From Escherichia phage VTCCBPA_211, in sequence record PP989838.1: DNA of 64,000 nt; one strand, 5' to 3'. A program made the position numbers and the translations under genes. Under the pieces are notes generated by a model, which was given only the letters and a program-made list of their open reading frames with translations, searched no databases and was not told the DNA's origin. Positions 39,183 to 49,313 of this stretch are shown here, one piece after another. Every line of letters begins with the position of its first letter. The stretch's first letter is position 1.

Positions 39183-39312
39183 AGAACCTGTAGTTTATAA
39201 AGACTCTATCAGAGATCAGTATAATGAGATGTTAAAGAAACAATCTGATTCTAATCTTCGTTATCAGAGGATAGTAGAACAAACTAACTTTAAAGGTTTA
39301 CTTGAATGGTAA
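39148..39312 (+). CDS. hypothetical small protein (54 aa)
   Basis: ATG 7 nt after AGGAAGG; internal start of track ORF 39064-39312. Confidence 0.45.
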   Translation: MKEEKNKISLFKEPVVYKDSIRDQYNEMLKKQSDSNLRYQRIVEQTNFKGLLEW

Positions 39313-39413
39313 CTTATATCCTTTACTTTTTAGCTTTCTTAGGAATAATCTTTTTATCTATTATTCTTGAATTTGGTTTAAGTAAGTTAGTTAATTATTT
39401 AGGTAATAAGTAA
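39306..39413 (+). CDS. micro-ORF, single-TM peptide (35 aa)
   Basis: ATGGTAA start/stop overlap; MVTYILYFLAFLGIIFLSIILEFGLSKLVNYLGNK. Confidence 0.35.
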   Translation: MVTYILYFLAFLGIIFLSIILEFGLSKLVNYLGNK

Positions 39414-39588
39414 TTATTATTCTTTTAAATAGAGAATCAAAGTCCCTAGGAGTCCCTACAACCTAAATCAAGGATTCCTTAATTCTCTATTTTTATCTCG
39501 CAGGTGGCTCCTGCCCTTCGGTACTTGCAAGGGATTCTGTGAATTGCCCAATATACAAGCCTGCAATAACTTTATCAGCTATACAATA

Positions 39589-39597
39589 TATACATTA
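39589..39597 (-). promoter_or_regulatory. TAATGTATA element on the minus strand (antisense-facing putative phage promoter)
   Basis: Exact 9-mer (TATACATTA on plus); inverted relative to the 39661 copy 64 bp away; no minus-strand gene downstream. Confidence 0.4.
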
Positions 39598-39660
39598 CTA
39601 GTGTGATATATCTACTACCAAAGATACTTATATTATATAGTACTCTTATCGGTATAAGCG

Positions 39661-39669
39661 TAATGTATA
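39661..39669 (+). promoter_or_regulatory. TAATGTATA element (putative phage-sigma promoter) upstream of the SSB operon
   Basis: Exact 9-mer, 60 nt upstream of the 39729 start. Confidence 0.6.
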
Positions 39670-39728
39670 CTATACATAACCGCTCAAAGAGAGCAACAAT
39701 CTTTCAAATTAAATAAGGAAATTAAAAT

Positions 39729-40475
39729 ATGTCTATGATTCCAACTATCGCAACTGCTTCCCGTAAATCCAACTACGATGTAATCCCTGATGGTGAGTAC
39801 GAAGCACGTATCGTTCGTGTAGTAGGTTTGGGTGTTCACAATCGTGACCCTTGGATTGACCCGAAGACCAAAGCAGTAACTCCTAAGAATCCGGCTTTCC
39901 GTATGGATTTAGCTTTCGAGCTGATTGGTGTTGATGCTACTGGTAAAGATTCCGATGGTAAGGCATTAGAACCACGTCCGGCTTGCCAGTTCAAGAGCTA
40001 TGATGTAAACCCACGAGCTAAGAACTCTGGTATTCTTGATCTTTGCAAGATGATTGACCCAAGTATTCAAGCACTGAAAGGTGATCTGTCTTGGTTCAAG
40101 GATGTTCTGTTAGGTCAGCCTGTTAACATTCTGGTTAACTCTTACACTAACAAAGCTGGTGAAGTTAAAAACTCCATCAAGACCATTTCTCCAATCCCAA
40201 CCAAATATCGTGCAGCAGTTGGTGAAGCTCGTAGTCCTCTGGTATTCTTCGAACCATATGCTGAAACCGACGAGAACGTAGCATCCTATCAACTGATGTT
40301 CCCGTTCCAGCGCAACCTGCTTACTCAAGCTAATGACGCTAAGAACATGCCTCTGGCTGGTCGTGAAATTACTCGTGCTTCTGAAACAGAGCAGAAAGAA
40401 GCTACTCCTTCAATCCCTACGATTGATAAAGAGCCTGCTTCTACTTACGAAGACGACAACGATAGCCCATTCTAA
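39729..40475 (+). CDS. single-stranded DNA-binding protein, T7 gp2.5-like (248 aa)
   Basis: Acidic C-terminal tail ending ..YEDDNDSPF (aromatic terminal residue as in gp2.5/SSB tails); RBS TAAGGAA. Confidence 0.65.
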   Translation: MSMIPTIATASRKSNYDVIPDGEYEARIVRVVGLGVHNRDPWIDPKTKAVTPKNPAFRMDLAFELIGVDATGKDSDGKALEPRPACQFKSYDVNPRAKNSGILDLCKMIDPSIQALKGDLSWFKDVLLGQPVNILVNSYTNKAGEVKNSIKTISPIPTKYRAAVGEARSPLVFFEPYAETDENVASYQLMFPFQRNLLTQANDAKNMPLAGREITRASETEQKEATPSIPTIDKEPASTYEDDNDSPF

Positions 40476-40497
40476 GTAACTCTCCTTGTTATAGCTT

Positions 40498-40520
40498 AGC
40501 CACCTTCGGGTGGCTTTTTT
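40498..40520 (+). terminator. rho-independent terminator (UUCG tetraloop)
   Basis: AGCCACC-TTCG-GGTGGCT followed by TTTTT. Confidence 0.9.
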
Positions 40521-40768
40521 CGTTGGAGACAATATGCAAAGTACATTAAGTGATAATGTAGGGTTTATCATTTTCTCAGCTCTTGTATTCTTTGGTGGTA
40601 TGAAGTTTAACGAGTACCAAACAGACAGCAGTAATCTGGACAAAGAGAAGCACCAGCAAGAGTTAGAGATTGAAAGAAGTAGGGCAGCTGATGAAGTTGC
40701 TCAGAGGGTTCTTACCGGTTTGTCTAACTGGAAGAAGAACACGGAAACTATTTATAAAGAGATGCATT

Positions 40769-42058
<1,290 letters not shown>

Positions 42059-42062
<4 letters not shown>

Positions 42063-42952
42063 ATGAAGAAGTAAAAGCTTTAAAGAAAGCTCTTGCAATT
42101 AAAATCAAACATTTAAATTTCATCAGAGATGAGTTGGAGGAGCTATCCAACTTATCAGGGTATGAGTTACAGAATGAGCTTGTAGAGTTTCAAATCAATA
42201 TTGATGGCGGTAAATACGTAGAAACAACTAGAGCGATTTTACCTAAAGTTACTGGTAACAAAACTTCTCCAGTAGACTACTCACATGACCACACGGAGCA
42301 ATTAGAAATGGAATCTCAAGGCAATTCAGCACTGACTAATATGGTGGAATGCTCCCAATATAAACCTTTAGTGGTAATTCTTAATGGGCCTCCGGGTTGT
42401 GGTAAAGATACGATAGCTAGTGCTTGGGTAAATGCACACTCACACCATCATGGATATTCAACCAAGTCTTTCAAGGAGCCGATGTATAATGTAGCTGCTG
42501 CTGCATTGGGTATGCCTATAGAAAACTTTCTAGCACTCTATGAAGATCGTGAATGGAAAGAAAAGCCTAGACCAGAATGGGGAGGGAAGTCTGTAAGAGA
42601 TTTGATGATCTCCACAAGTGAAGACTTCTTAAAACCTATGTTTGGCAACAACCATATGGGGAATCTTGCTGTAGAGAGCATCAAACAAGAAGGGCTGGGT
42701 CAGGACGACATTATTGTTTTCACTGACGGAGGCTTTGATGCAGAGGTACGAGAACTAGAAAAGAATTTCAATGTCCAAGTTGTCCAAGTGTTGAGGGATG
42801 GTTGTTCTTTCGATGGAGACTCTCGCTCGTACATTGAAGGAGAGCAGAGAAAAACATATCTGCTATTTAATGACTCAACTGTTGAATCAGCAGTGTCAGA
42901 TTTAGATTGGATTGTCGCTCAAGCTCAGGATGATATTTATGGAAGAAGTTAA
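42059..42952 (+). CDS. deoxynucleoside monophosphate kinase (T4 gp1-like) with ~110-aa N-terminal coiled-coil extension
   Basis: P-loop LNGPPGCGKDT, K.P motif, VRDLM, FTDGGF; ATG 5 nt after GGAGAG. Confidence 0.65.
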
Positions 42953-43757
42953 GCTCCCTGAAATTGCTCTAGTGGATGCTGACGTTCTTCGATATGAAGT
43001 AGGTGCTCTTACTCAGGAGCATCCCTTTCTTGACACAGGACGTGTTCCAGTTGATTACAATTTCATGATTGAACGGCTTCAGTATAAGATTGATACAATC
43101 ATAGCTCGGTCAGGTTGTAGTAAGGTTGTGTTCTACTTCAGCGAAGGTGGTAACTTCCGTTTCGATGTTGCTAAGCAACAAGACTACAAGGCAAACAGAC
43201 CTCCCGGAGAAAGACCTTTTCACTGGCAAAACGTTGGTGATTACATTAAAGGTAAATATGAATACATAGACGTATTTGGGAGAGAGGCTGATGATGCACT
43301 AGCTGAAAGGCAACGCAGAGATAAGAACACTATCATCTGTACTAGAGACAAGGATTTGTTGATAACTCCCGGATGGCACTACCGTTGGGCTTGTGGAGAA
43401 AGACAGAAAGAAGTTCCTCCTCACTATGTATCTGATTTAGTTTCATGGCAAAACTTCTTCTATCAAATGTTGATTGGAGATGGTACAGATAATATCCCCG
43501 GATGTGGAGAACGTAAAGAAGTTATGTGGGGTGGTAAGCTCCAGCTTCGACGTCAAGGAATAGGGAAGAAAGCAGCAGCTAAACTGTTGGCTGGTGTTAC
43601 AGATAAGTGGACCATGTATCATATAGTACGAATGGAATATTATAAGAAGTTCGATACTGAAGATGAAGAGAAGATGCTTGAGAATGCTCGGCTGCTCTTT
43701 GTTGGTCAGACTCCGGAAGACCTATTTGATTGGTCGTGGTTAAATAAATCTTGGTAA
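42939..43757 (+). CDS. 5'-3' exonuclease / flap endonuclease (FEN family, 272 aa)
   Basis: VDADVLRY, EADDALA, TRDKDL, GDGTDNIPG motifs. Confidence 0.8.
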   Translation: MEEVKLPEIALVDADVLRYEVGALTQEHPFLDTGRVPVDYNFMIERLQYKIDTIIARSGCSKVVFYFSEGGNFRFDVAKQQDYKANRPPGERPFHWQNVGDYIKGKYEYIDVFGREADDALAERQRRDKNTIICTRDKDLLITPGWHYRWACGERQKEVPPHYVSDLVSWQNFFYQMLIGDGTDNIPGCGERKEVMWGGKLQLRRQGIGKKAAAKLLAGVTDKWTMYHIVRMEYYKKFDTEDEEKMLENARLLFVGQTPEDLFDWSWLNKSW

Positions 43758-43770
43758 TAAGGATATTATA

Positions 43771-43950
43771 ATGGGTAAATTTGATTATCGTTCATATGAT
43801 GAAAACTCCTCCAATCGTGAATCTCGTAAAGACCAAAAAATCAAGCATCAACTGTTTGATCAGCGTACTGGTCGTATCCCTCGTGAGGGGAAAGTGAGTC
43901 ATCGTGTAAACAAACGAGTTTGGGAAGAAGCTGATTATGGCGAAGTCTGA
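43771..43950 (+). CDS. hypothetical basic small protein (59 aa)
   Basis: RBS TAAGGA; hand translation MGKFDYRSYDENSSNRESRK.. Confidence 0.5.
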   Translation: MGKFDYRSYDENSSNRESRKDQKIKHQLFDQRTGRIPREGKVSHRVNKRVWEEADYGEV

Positions 43951-44335
43951 GAAGACTCGTTGTAGTGGAATGTGGACTGAAGCTCGTTACAACTCTTTCA
44001 TCAAGTCAGGGATTCGCTCTCTGACTAGAAAGTGGAAGCCCATGTTCGATGCACTAGCAGACGCCAAGACAGAGCAGAAGGTTAATCCAAAGACAGGCAG
44101 ACTGGCAATGCACTTTAAGTGTGCCATGTGTGGTTCTGACCACCCTGTAAAGGATATGGCTATTGACCACATAGAGCCTATAGTTCCTCTTGACCATGAA
44201 GCAACTTGGGATGAAATCATCTCTCGTGCTCTGTGTGAGAAAGAAGGTTTTCAGGTTCTGTGTAAAGACCCTTGTCATAAGATTAAAACTAAGATGGAAA
44301 ATGATGCAAGAAAACAATTCAAAAAAGGAAATTAG
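43937..44335 (+). CDS. HNH-type nuclease (132 aa)
   Basis: CAMCG..MAIDHIEPIVPL..LCKDPCHKIKT. Confidence 0.7.
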   Translation: MAKSEKTRCSGMWTEARYNSFIKSGIRSLTRKWKPMFDALADAKTEQKVNPKTGRLAMHFKCAMCGSDHPVKDMAIDHIEPIVPLDHEATWDEIISRALCEKEGFQVLCKDPCHKIKTKMENDARKQFKKGN

Positions 44336-44558
44336 TGATGATCAAAAATCTACGCAACAAGTGCTTCGCTTTCGCTATCGCAATTGGAGAGGCGAGGTTG
44401 CTGACCGGTCCGTTATTCCACTCCGAACCTCCGTTGCTAGCTCCCGTTTTCATAACGGTGGCAAACCTTGTTGGATTATGACAGCAATAGATGTAGAGAA
44501 AGATGAGATTCGAGAGTTCAAGCTCTCAGATATTATTCAATATTATGATTTAATTTAG
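44301..44558 (+). CDS. small WYL-like domain protein (85 aa)
   Basis: LRFRYRNWRGEVADRSVIPL..WIMTAIDVEKDEIREFKLSDI resembles the WYL-domain pattern. Confidence 0.5.
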   Translation: MMQENNSKKEISDDQKSTQQVLRFRYRNWRGEVADRSVIPLRTSVASSRFHNGGKPCWIMTAIDVEKDEIREFKLSDIIQYYDLI

Positions 44559-44627
44559 GAGGGTATATGATTGAAGAATGCTGGGATGTATGACGAATTT
44601 GATGGTTTTTAAAACTTAGAAACAATA

Positions 44628-44665
44628 AAGCCCTCTTGGATTTCTCCTTGAGGGCTTTTCTTTTA
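44628..44665. terminator. bidirectional rho-independent terminator between the convergent gene blocks
   Basis: AAGCCCTC-14 nt-GAGGGCTT with T-rich runs on both sides. Confidence 0.8.
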
Positions 44666-47600
44666 TCACTCCTTAGGTCGAACTCTTACACGGAGTCTCG
44701 ATTGACGCTTACTGCGTTCAAGCTTCTCTGACAATGAGCCACGTTTAATCTTCGGCTTCCCTTCGTCATTAAACTTCTCCAAGAACTTCAAGTACTCAGT
44801 ACGATTCGTTGTCTTGTAAGAAGGAATCTTAACATCAGGGTTCTCTTCGATTACACGTCTCATCTTCGCTACATCATCCCTACCAAGCAACTTACTCTTA
44901 GCCTGTTCAGCTGTAGAACCAAAGATCTTCTCCAGTGCCCTAGATTTGTTACCACCTGCGGAAGAAGCACCAAGTTTAGCAATGGCAGAGTAATCATCAG
45001 CACTAAACCAAGCTACTGGATTATCACCATACTTCTTCTTGTTTTCAGCAGCAGTCTGCAATGCACGCACAAAGCGACGGTTGTTACCAGCCTTATCTGC
45101 ACCATGAACCCTGTCTAAAACTTCAGCCACACTAGCCAACTCATCCAAGCTCTTCCCACTCAAGAAAGCTTTCTCTACTTTATCAGCAAAGACCTCTTCT
45201 TGTTGTTTAATGCTTTCCAAGATATCAGAATTTGCTTGAGATTTTTCATCATCAGGCAGAGCAGAACGAATCTTCTCCATCTCCAACTCTTCCTCTTGCA
45301 GTTTCTTAATATCAGAGTCAACCTTCTGAGCCTCCTCAACAGCCTTCCTAGTATCCGAATCCAAGTTATCAAGCTTACCTTCAGTATTTCCAGTAACCTT
45401 AACAATCTCTTTCTCGATAGGAGTCATTGATTCGTACTTCTTAGCGAACTTCTCAACATCAGCTTCGATACGAGAGCGAGCATTCTGATGTTCAGTCGGA
45501 GTCATAGGCTTCTCAAGAAGTGCATAACGGTTATCCATATAGGAACCAGCAAACGCTTCAGCATCCTCTCTAGATATGCCCTTATCTTCCATAGTACGCA
45601 TCAGGCGGCGATGAATGTCATCACGTTGACGTTGTACTGCCATAAGGTCATTCTCACGCTCTTGGGCCGCTTTAAGCTCTTCACTGCGCTTAACTCTCTT
45701 GTCCACATCAAACTTACGGTTCATCTCTTCCGCTTGCTCATACATCTTGTTCCACTTAGCCTGACGAGCATCTTCCTCTGCATCAGTTAAACGACGCTGA
45801 CGATCAAGGTAATCTGACTCGGCGTTGTGGATACGTTCAATATAACTACGGAACTTCTCTGGAGGAACTGGAGAGTTCTTATCGTGGTGAGCAGCCAACT
45901 GTTTCAGTGTACGAGATTCCTGAGCCTTACGAACAGGTTTAGGTAAACCTTCCATCATCTTCTCAATCTCACTCTTCTGAGCTGCAATAGCCTCTAGAGT
46001 TTTACGTTCATTCTCAACAGCAGCTTTAGCATCCGAACGAGCCTGAGCCTTTTTCCTGAGTGTAGCAAGACGTTCTTCACGAGCCTGTAAATGCTTAGCA
46101 GCAGCTTCGTACTGAGAGTTCTTGTTAGCTTTGTTGAAGGCATTCACTTCTCTGTTATAGGTGTTAATAAACCCATCCCAAATATCCTTCATCTGACCAA
46201 CTTCCAAAGCCTCTTCCCTACCAGCCTTCTCTGAAGATTTAAACTTTCCATCTACAAAGTCATTCATCAATTTACGCATAGCGTCTTTCTGAGCAGGACG
46301 TAAAGGTTCTGCATCAATCAAAGTATCAATCTCAGACTGAAGCTCTTTCTTCTGGTCAACCAGCTTAGGAGCATTCTTGTTATCGAAAGCTTTATTCTCT
46401 TCTAGAGCTTGTTGGTACAGTCTATCAAACTCATCTTCACGCTGCTTCTGATACAACCTTTCAGCACGACGTTTCAGACTATCCAAGTTAGTTACGTTCC
46501 CACCTAAACCTTTCTCTTCAGCACGTAATGCCTTAGTAGCAATGTCTTCTGGCAGACCACGTTCTTTAACCCATTCAGCAAAGTTAGTTCGTACAGTGTT
46601 GTTCTTAGCAGTAGCAATACCTTGCTGAGAAGCCAGCTGGTTACGAGCCATCTCTTCATGACGTTCAGTGTTGATAGCATTATCTTCCCGACGAATACGC
46701 CGCATCAACTCCAAAGGGTCTCCCTTGTAAGCCAAGAAGTTTTCAGCAGTAGCTTTAGCTTTAGCAGCCTTAGAGTATAAAGATTTAGCAAAACGTGTTG
46801 CACGATCTTTAGCAACTTGACGAGCAGTGCTTGACATAGCAGCTAGGAATTCTACACCACTTTCCGGTTTAACATCCTGTACAGCTTCCTGAGGAGCTTT
46901 AGGGGAACGGGTAGGTAATGGATCAGCTTGTCTTAGAGAACTAGCTTTGACCATATCATTTGAGTCAACCAAATTATGGTTACGCAAAAACTGTTGCTCA
47001 GCCGGGGTGAACTGATTTAGGCGAAGGGCAATGTTGCCATTTAAATCTTGAGAAAGTATCCCATCTTCAGCATAGTGAGAGAGAGATTCTTTAGTAACAG
47101 AAGATGCATCCTCTGATGAAGCCTTTTGGCCCTCTTCTTGAGCACGTTGCTGCTCTGTTGCACGGCGCTCCTCTAAAGGATTACGAGCAGGAAGAGGTTC
47201 AGCCTGTGGAGCTTGTTCAACAGGAGCTTCTTGAGCAGCCAATGCCTCTTCTTCAGCGCGACGCTGTTCAGCCTGACGGATAGCACGTCTTTGAGCAACT
47301 AAATCACGAGCCGTAAGAGGGGCTTCTTGAGGAGCAGAAGAAGGAAGATTTTCTTCCGTCACAGTACTAGAAGAAGGCTCCCGAACCGGTTCGGTTTCCA
47401 CGTCATTTTGCGTCTTAAAATTAATGTCATCAACAGCTGGTTCTTCTTCCATCTTAGTGCGAGCTTCATCAGCAGCGGATTTAGCACGAGCAACTTCCAA
47501 ATCACCACGAGCTAGAGAGCGGATAGCTTCACTGTTAGATTCTTGTTGCTTAACACGTTGAGAGCGAGCACGCTGAGAAGAGAAGCGATTCAGAGCATAT

Positions 47601-49246
47601 TTAGCAGCACCAAGAGTGTTCATTACCAGACTAGGTGAAGAAGCCTCACGGAAGCCATCATCAGTCAGGGAAGTCCAGCCACGATCTTGGTTGCTCATGA
47701 ATTTAGCTGTATTGTTCAGAGTGTAAGCATCTTGGATAGGATTAAAACCTTCAGGCATACCTTTCAGTTTCTTCAACCCACCAATAGCTTTCTTCATCTC
47801 TGGAGAAACATTATCAGCCATCTTCTGTAGTTCAGCAGCTTTCTCTACAAAGTTATTAAAGTCTTCACCATCACGAGCTTTGAATCGATTTGCTTCATTA
47901 TAGAAAGTCTTGTAAGCATCAATGAAATCACGGTCAGCTTGTGTGCGATTCTTAACGTCAAGTGGACTACCGGTGAAGTGCCCAGATGCTCTAAGAGAAG
48001 TTAATTCACGATCTAGGTTGTCTAGAACATCTGTAAGGGCTTTCGTGTTGTCTTTGGTGTAATCAGCCATTGCATCCTTCATAGCAACAGCCTGCTTCTG
48101 GTTGTGCTCGTTATCAGCGAATGCTTTACCACGAGTCTTAGCAGGAGAAGCTAAAGGGTTGAGGCCCGGAATGTTGGAATGTTCTTTCTGAACGGAAGCA
48201 GCTTTCTCAGCACGAGCTTGGTCAGTATTAAGAATACGCTGAGCAGCAGGAGAATCTACAGCAACAGCATCTGTAATACGGAATCCATTCTCATCTAGAA
48301 GGTTCAGAGCAGAAGCAGCGTTAGCAGTTTCAGCTTTAGAGTAAGCCTCTTTCAGCTCATCAATATTCTTAGCACTACGAATCAGTTCATCATCAGCAGC
48401 AATATCAGTCTTCGCATACTCTGGAGTGTTCCTGAAGACAGCAGAATCCGGACGGCTAATCAAACCATGAACCCCACCAACTGCACCACCAAATGCAGCA
48501 CCCATAGCTCCTTCTTCGATAACACCTTCCAATGTCTTAGCTAGATCATTGTCATCACCATACTTGTTCTGCGCTTCAGCAGCACCTATAAGAGCTCCGC
48601 CCTTAGCACCAGCCACTGCGTTAGTAGCAACGTTCTGACCAATACGTCCAAGTGTGGACTCAGCTGTACCAACAGCACCCGGAAGGATTCTCATAGCCGC
48701 GTAGTTAGCACCACCAACTAAAGCTGCATCTAGAATAGACTTATCTTCTCCCTCTTCAGGGGTTTGGTCTGCATACGCACGACCTGTCTCACGACCTGCG
48801 ATGATAGCAGCAGCCGCCAATGGGTTAGCAACAGTCATGCCGATATCACCAGCAACGCCAGCATACTGACCAACAGTTTTACCAATCCCATCCTCAATCT
48901 TATCCATACGTTCTTTCAGAAGGTTCTGAGAGTTCTCTTGGATACGCTTACCATAACTAGTTTGTGCTCCAGCTAGATTCTCACCAATCTCAACTAAACC
49001 ACCAATACCTTTAGCAGCACTAGCTGCGATGTTTGCACCACCAGATTGAAGAGCATTTGACACACCTTGAGCAAACTCACCTATAGCACCACGTTCTTCT
49101 TGTTGTGGTTGTGCTGCTGGTTGTTCCTCAGGAATAGAGCCACCTGCTGCCTTATATTGTTCTCTCATTTGAGCCTGCTGCTCTGGAGAGGCATTCAGAT
49201 ACGCAGGAGCTTTGGAAGCTTCTTCCCACGGTTTAATGTTAGCCAT
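44666..49246 (-). CDS. giant internal-virion/ejection protein candidate (1526 aa)
   Basis: RBS AAAGGAG before MANIKPW (internal ATG of the track ORF); Gly/Ala-rich hydrophobic N-terminal third, then very long E/K/R/A coiled coils. Confidence 0.75.
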   Translation of the reverse strand: MANIKPWEEASKAPAYLNASPEQQAQMREQYKAAGGSIPEEQPAAQPQQEERGAIGEFAQGVSNALQSGGANIAASAAKGIGGLVEIGENLAGAQTSYGKRIQENSQNLLKERMDKIEDGIGKTVGQYAGVAGDIGMTVANPLAAAAIIAGRETGRAYADQTPEEGEDKSILDAALVGGANYAAMRILPGAVGTAESTLGRIGQNVATNAVAGAKGGALIGAAEAQNKYGDDNDLAKTLEGVIEEGAMGAAFGGAVGGVHGLISRPDSAVFRNTPEYAKTDIAADDELIRSAKNIDELKEAYSKAETANAASALNLLDENGFRITDAVAVDSPAAQRILNTDQARAEKAASVQKEHSNIPGLNPLASPAKTRGKAFADNEHNQKQAVAMKDAMADYTKDNTKALTDVLDNLDRELTSLRASGHFTGSPLDVKNRTQADRDFIDAYKTFYNEANRFKARDGEDFNNFVEKAAELQKMADNVSPEMKKAIGGLKKLKGMPEGFNPIQDAYTLNNTAKFMSNQDRGWTSLTDDGFREASSPSLVMNTLGAAKYALNRFSSQRARSQRVKQQESNSEAIRSLARGDLEVARAKSAADEARTKMEEEPAVDDINFKTQNDVETEPVREPSSSTVTEENLPSSAPQEAPLTARDLVAQRRAIRQAEQRRAEEEALAAQEAPVEQAPQAEPLPARNPLEERRATEQQRAQEEGQKASSEDASSVTKESLSHYAEDGILSQDLNGNIALRLNQFTPAEQQFLRNHNLVDSNDMVKASSLRQADPLPTRSPKAPQEAVQDVKPESGVEFLAAMSSTARQVAKDRATRFAKSLYSKAAKAKATAENFLAYKGDPLELMRRIRREDNAINTERHEEMARNQLASQQGIATAKNNTVRTNFAEWVKERGLPEDIATKALRAEEKGLGGNVTNLDSLKRRAERLYQKQREDEFDRLYQQALEENKAFDNKNAPKLVDQKKELQSEIDTLIDAEPLRPAQKDAMRKLMNDFVDGKFKSSEKAGREEALEVGQMKDIWDGFINTYNREVNAFNKANKNSQYEAAAKHLQAREERLATLRKKAQARSDAKAAVENERKTLEAIAAQKSEIEKMMEGLPKPVRKAQESRTLKQLAAHHDKNSPVPPEKFRSYIERIHNAESDYLDRQRRLTDAEEDARQAKWNKMYEQAEEMNRKFDVDKRVKRSEELKAAQERENDLMAVQRQRDDIHRRLMRTMEDKGISREDAEAFAGSYMDNRYALLEKPMTPTEHQNARSRIEADVEKFAKKYESMTPIEKEIVKVTGNTEGKLDNLDSDTRKAVEEAQKVDSDIKKLQEEELEMEKIRSALPDDEKSQANSDILESIKQQEEVFADKVEKAFLSGKSLDELASVAEVLDRVHGADKAGNNRRFVRALQTAAENKKKYGDNPVAWFSADDYSAIAKLGASSAGGNKSRALEKIFGSTAEQAKSKLLGRDDVAKMRRVIEENPDVKIPSYKTTNRTEYLKFLEKFNDEGKPKIKRGSLSEKLERSKRQSRLRVRVRPKE

Positions 49247-49284
49247 AACGTCTCCTTTTATAAATAAAAATGTCCTACCCCCTA

Positions 49285-49293
49285 TATACATTA
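49285..49293 (-). promoter_or_regulatory. TAATGTATA element (putative phage-sigma late promoter)
   Basis: Exact 9-mer on the minus strand, 39 nt upstream of the 49246 start, intergenic. Confidence 0.6.
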
Positions 49294-49313
49294 TAGAAGG
49301 CAGGACTTAGGTC

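Noticed and set aside
44567-44620. Two tiny ORFs (8 and 9 codons) behind a perfect TAGGAGGG SD, just before the bidirectional terminator
   Set aside because: They are too short to support as genes from sequence alone. They are mentioned only as context under the HNH/WYL finding.
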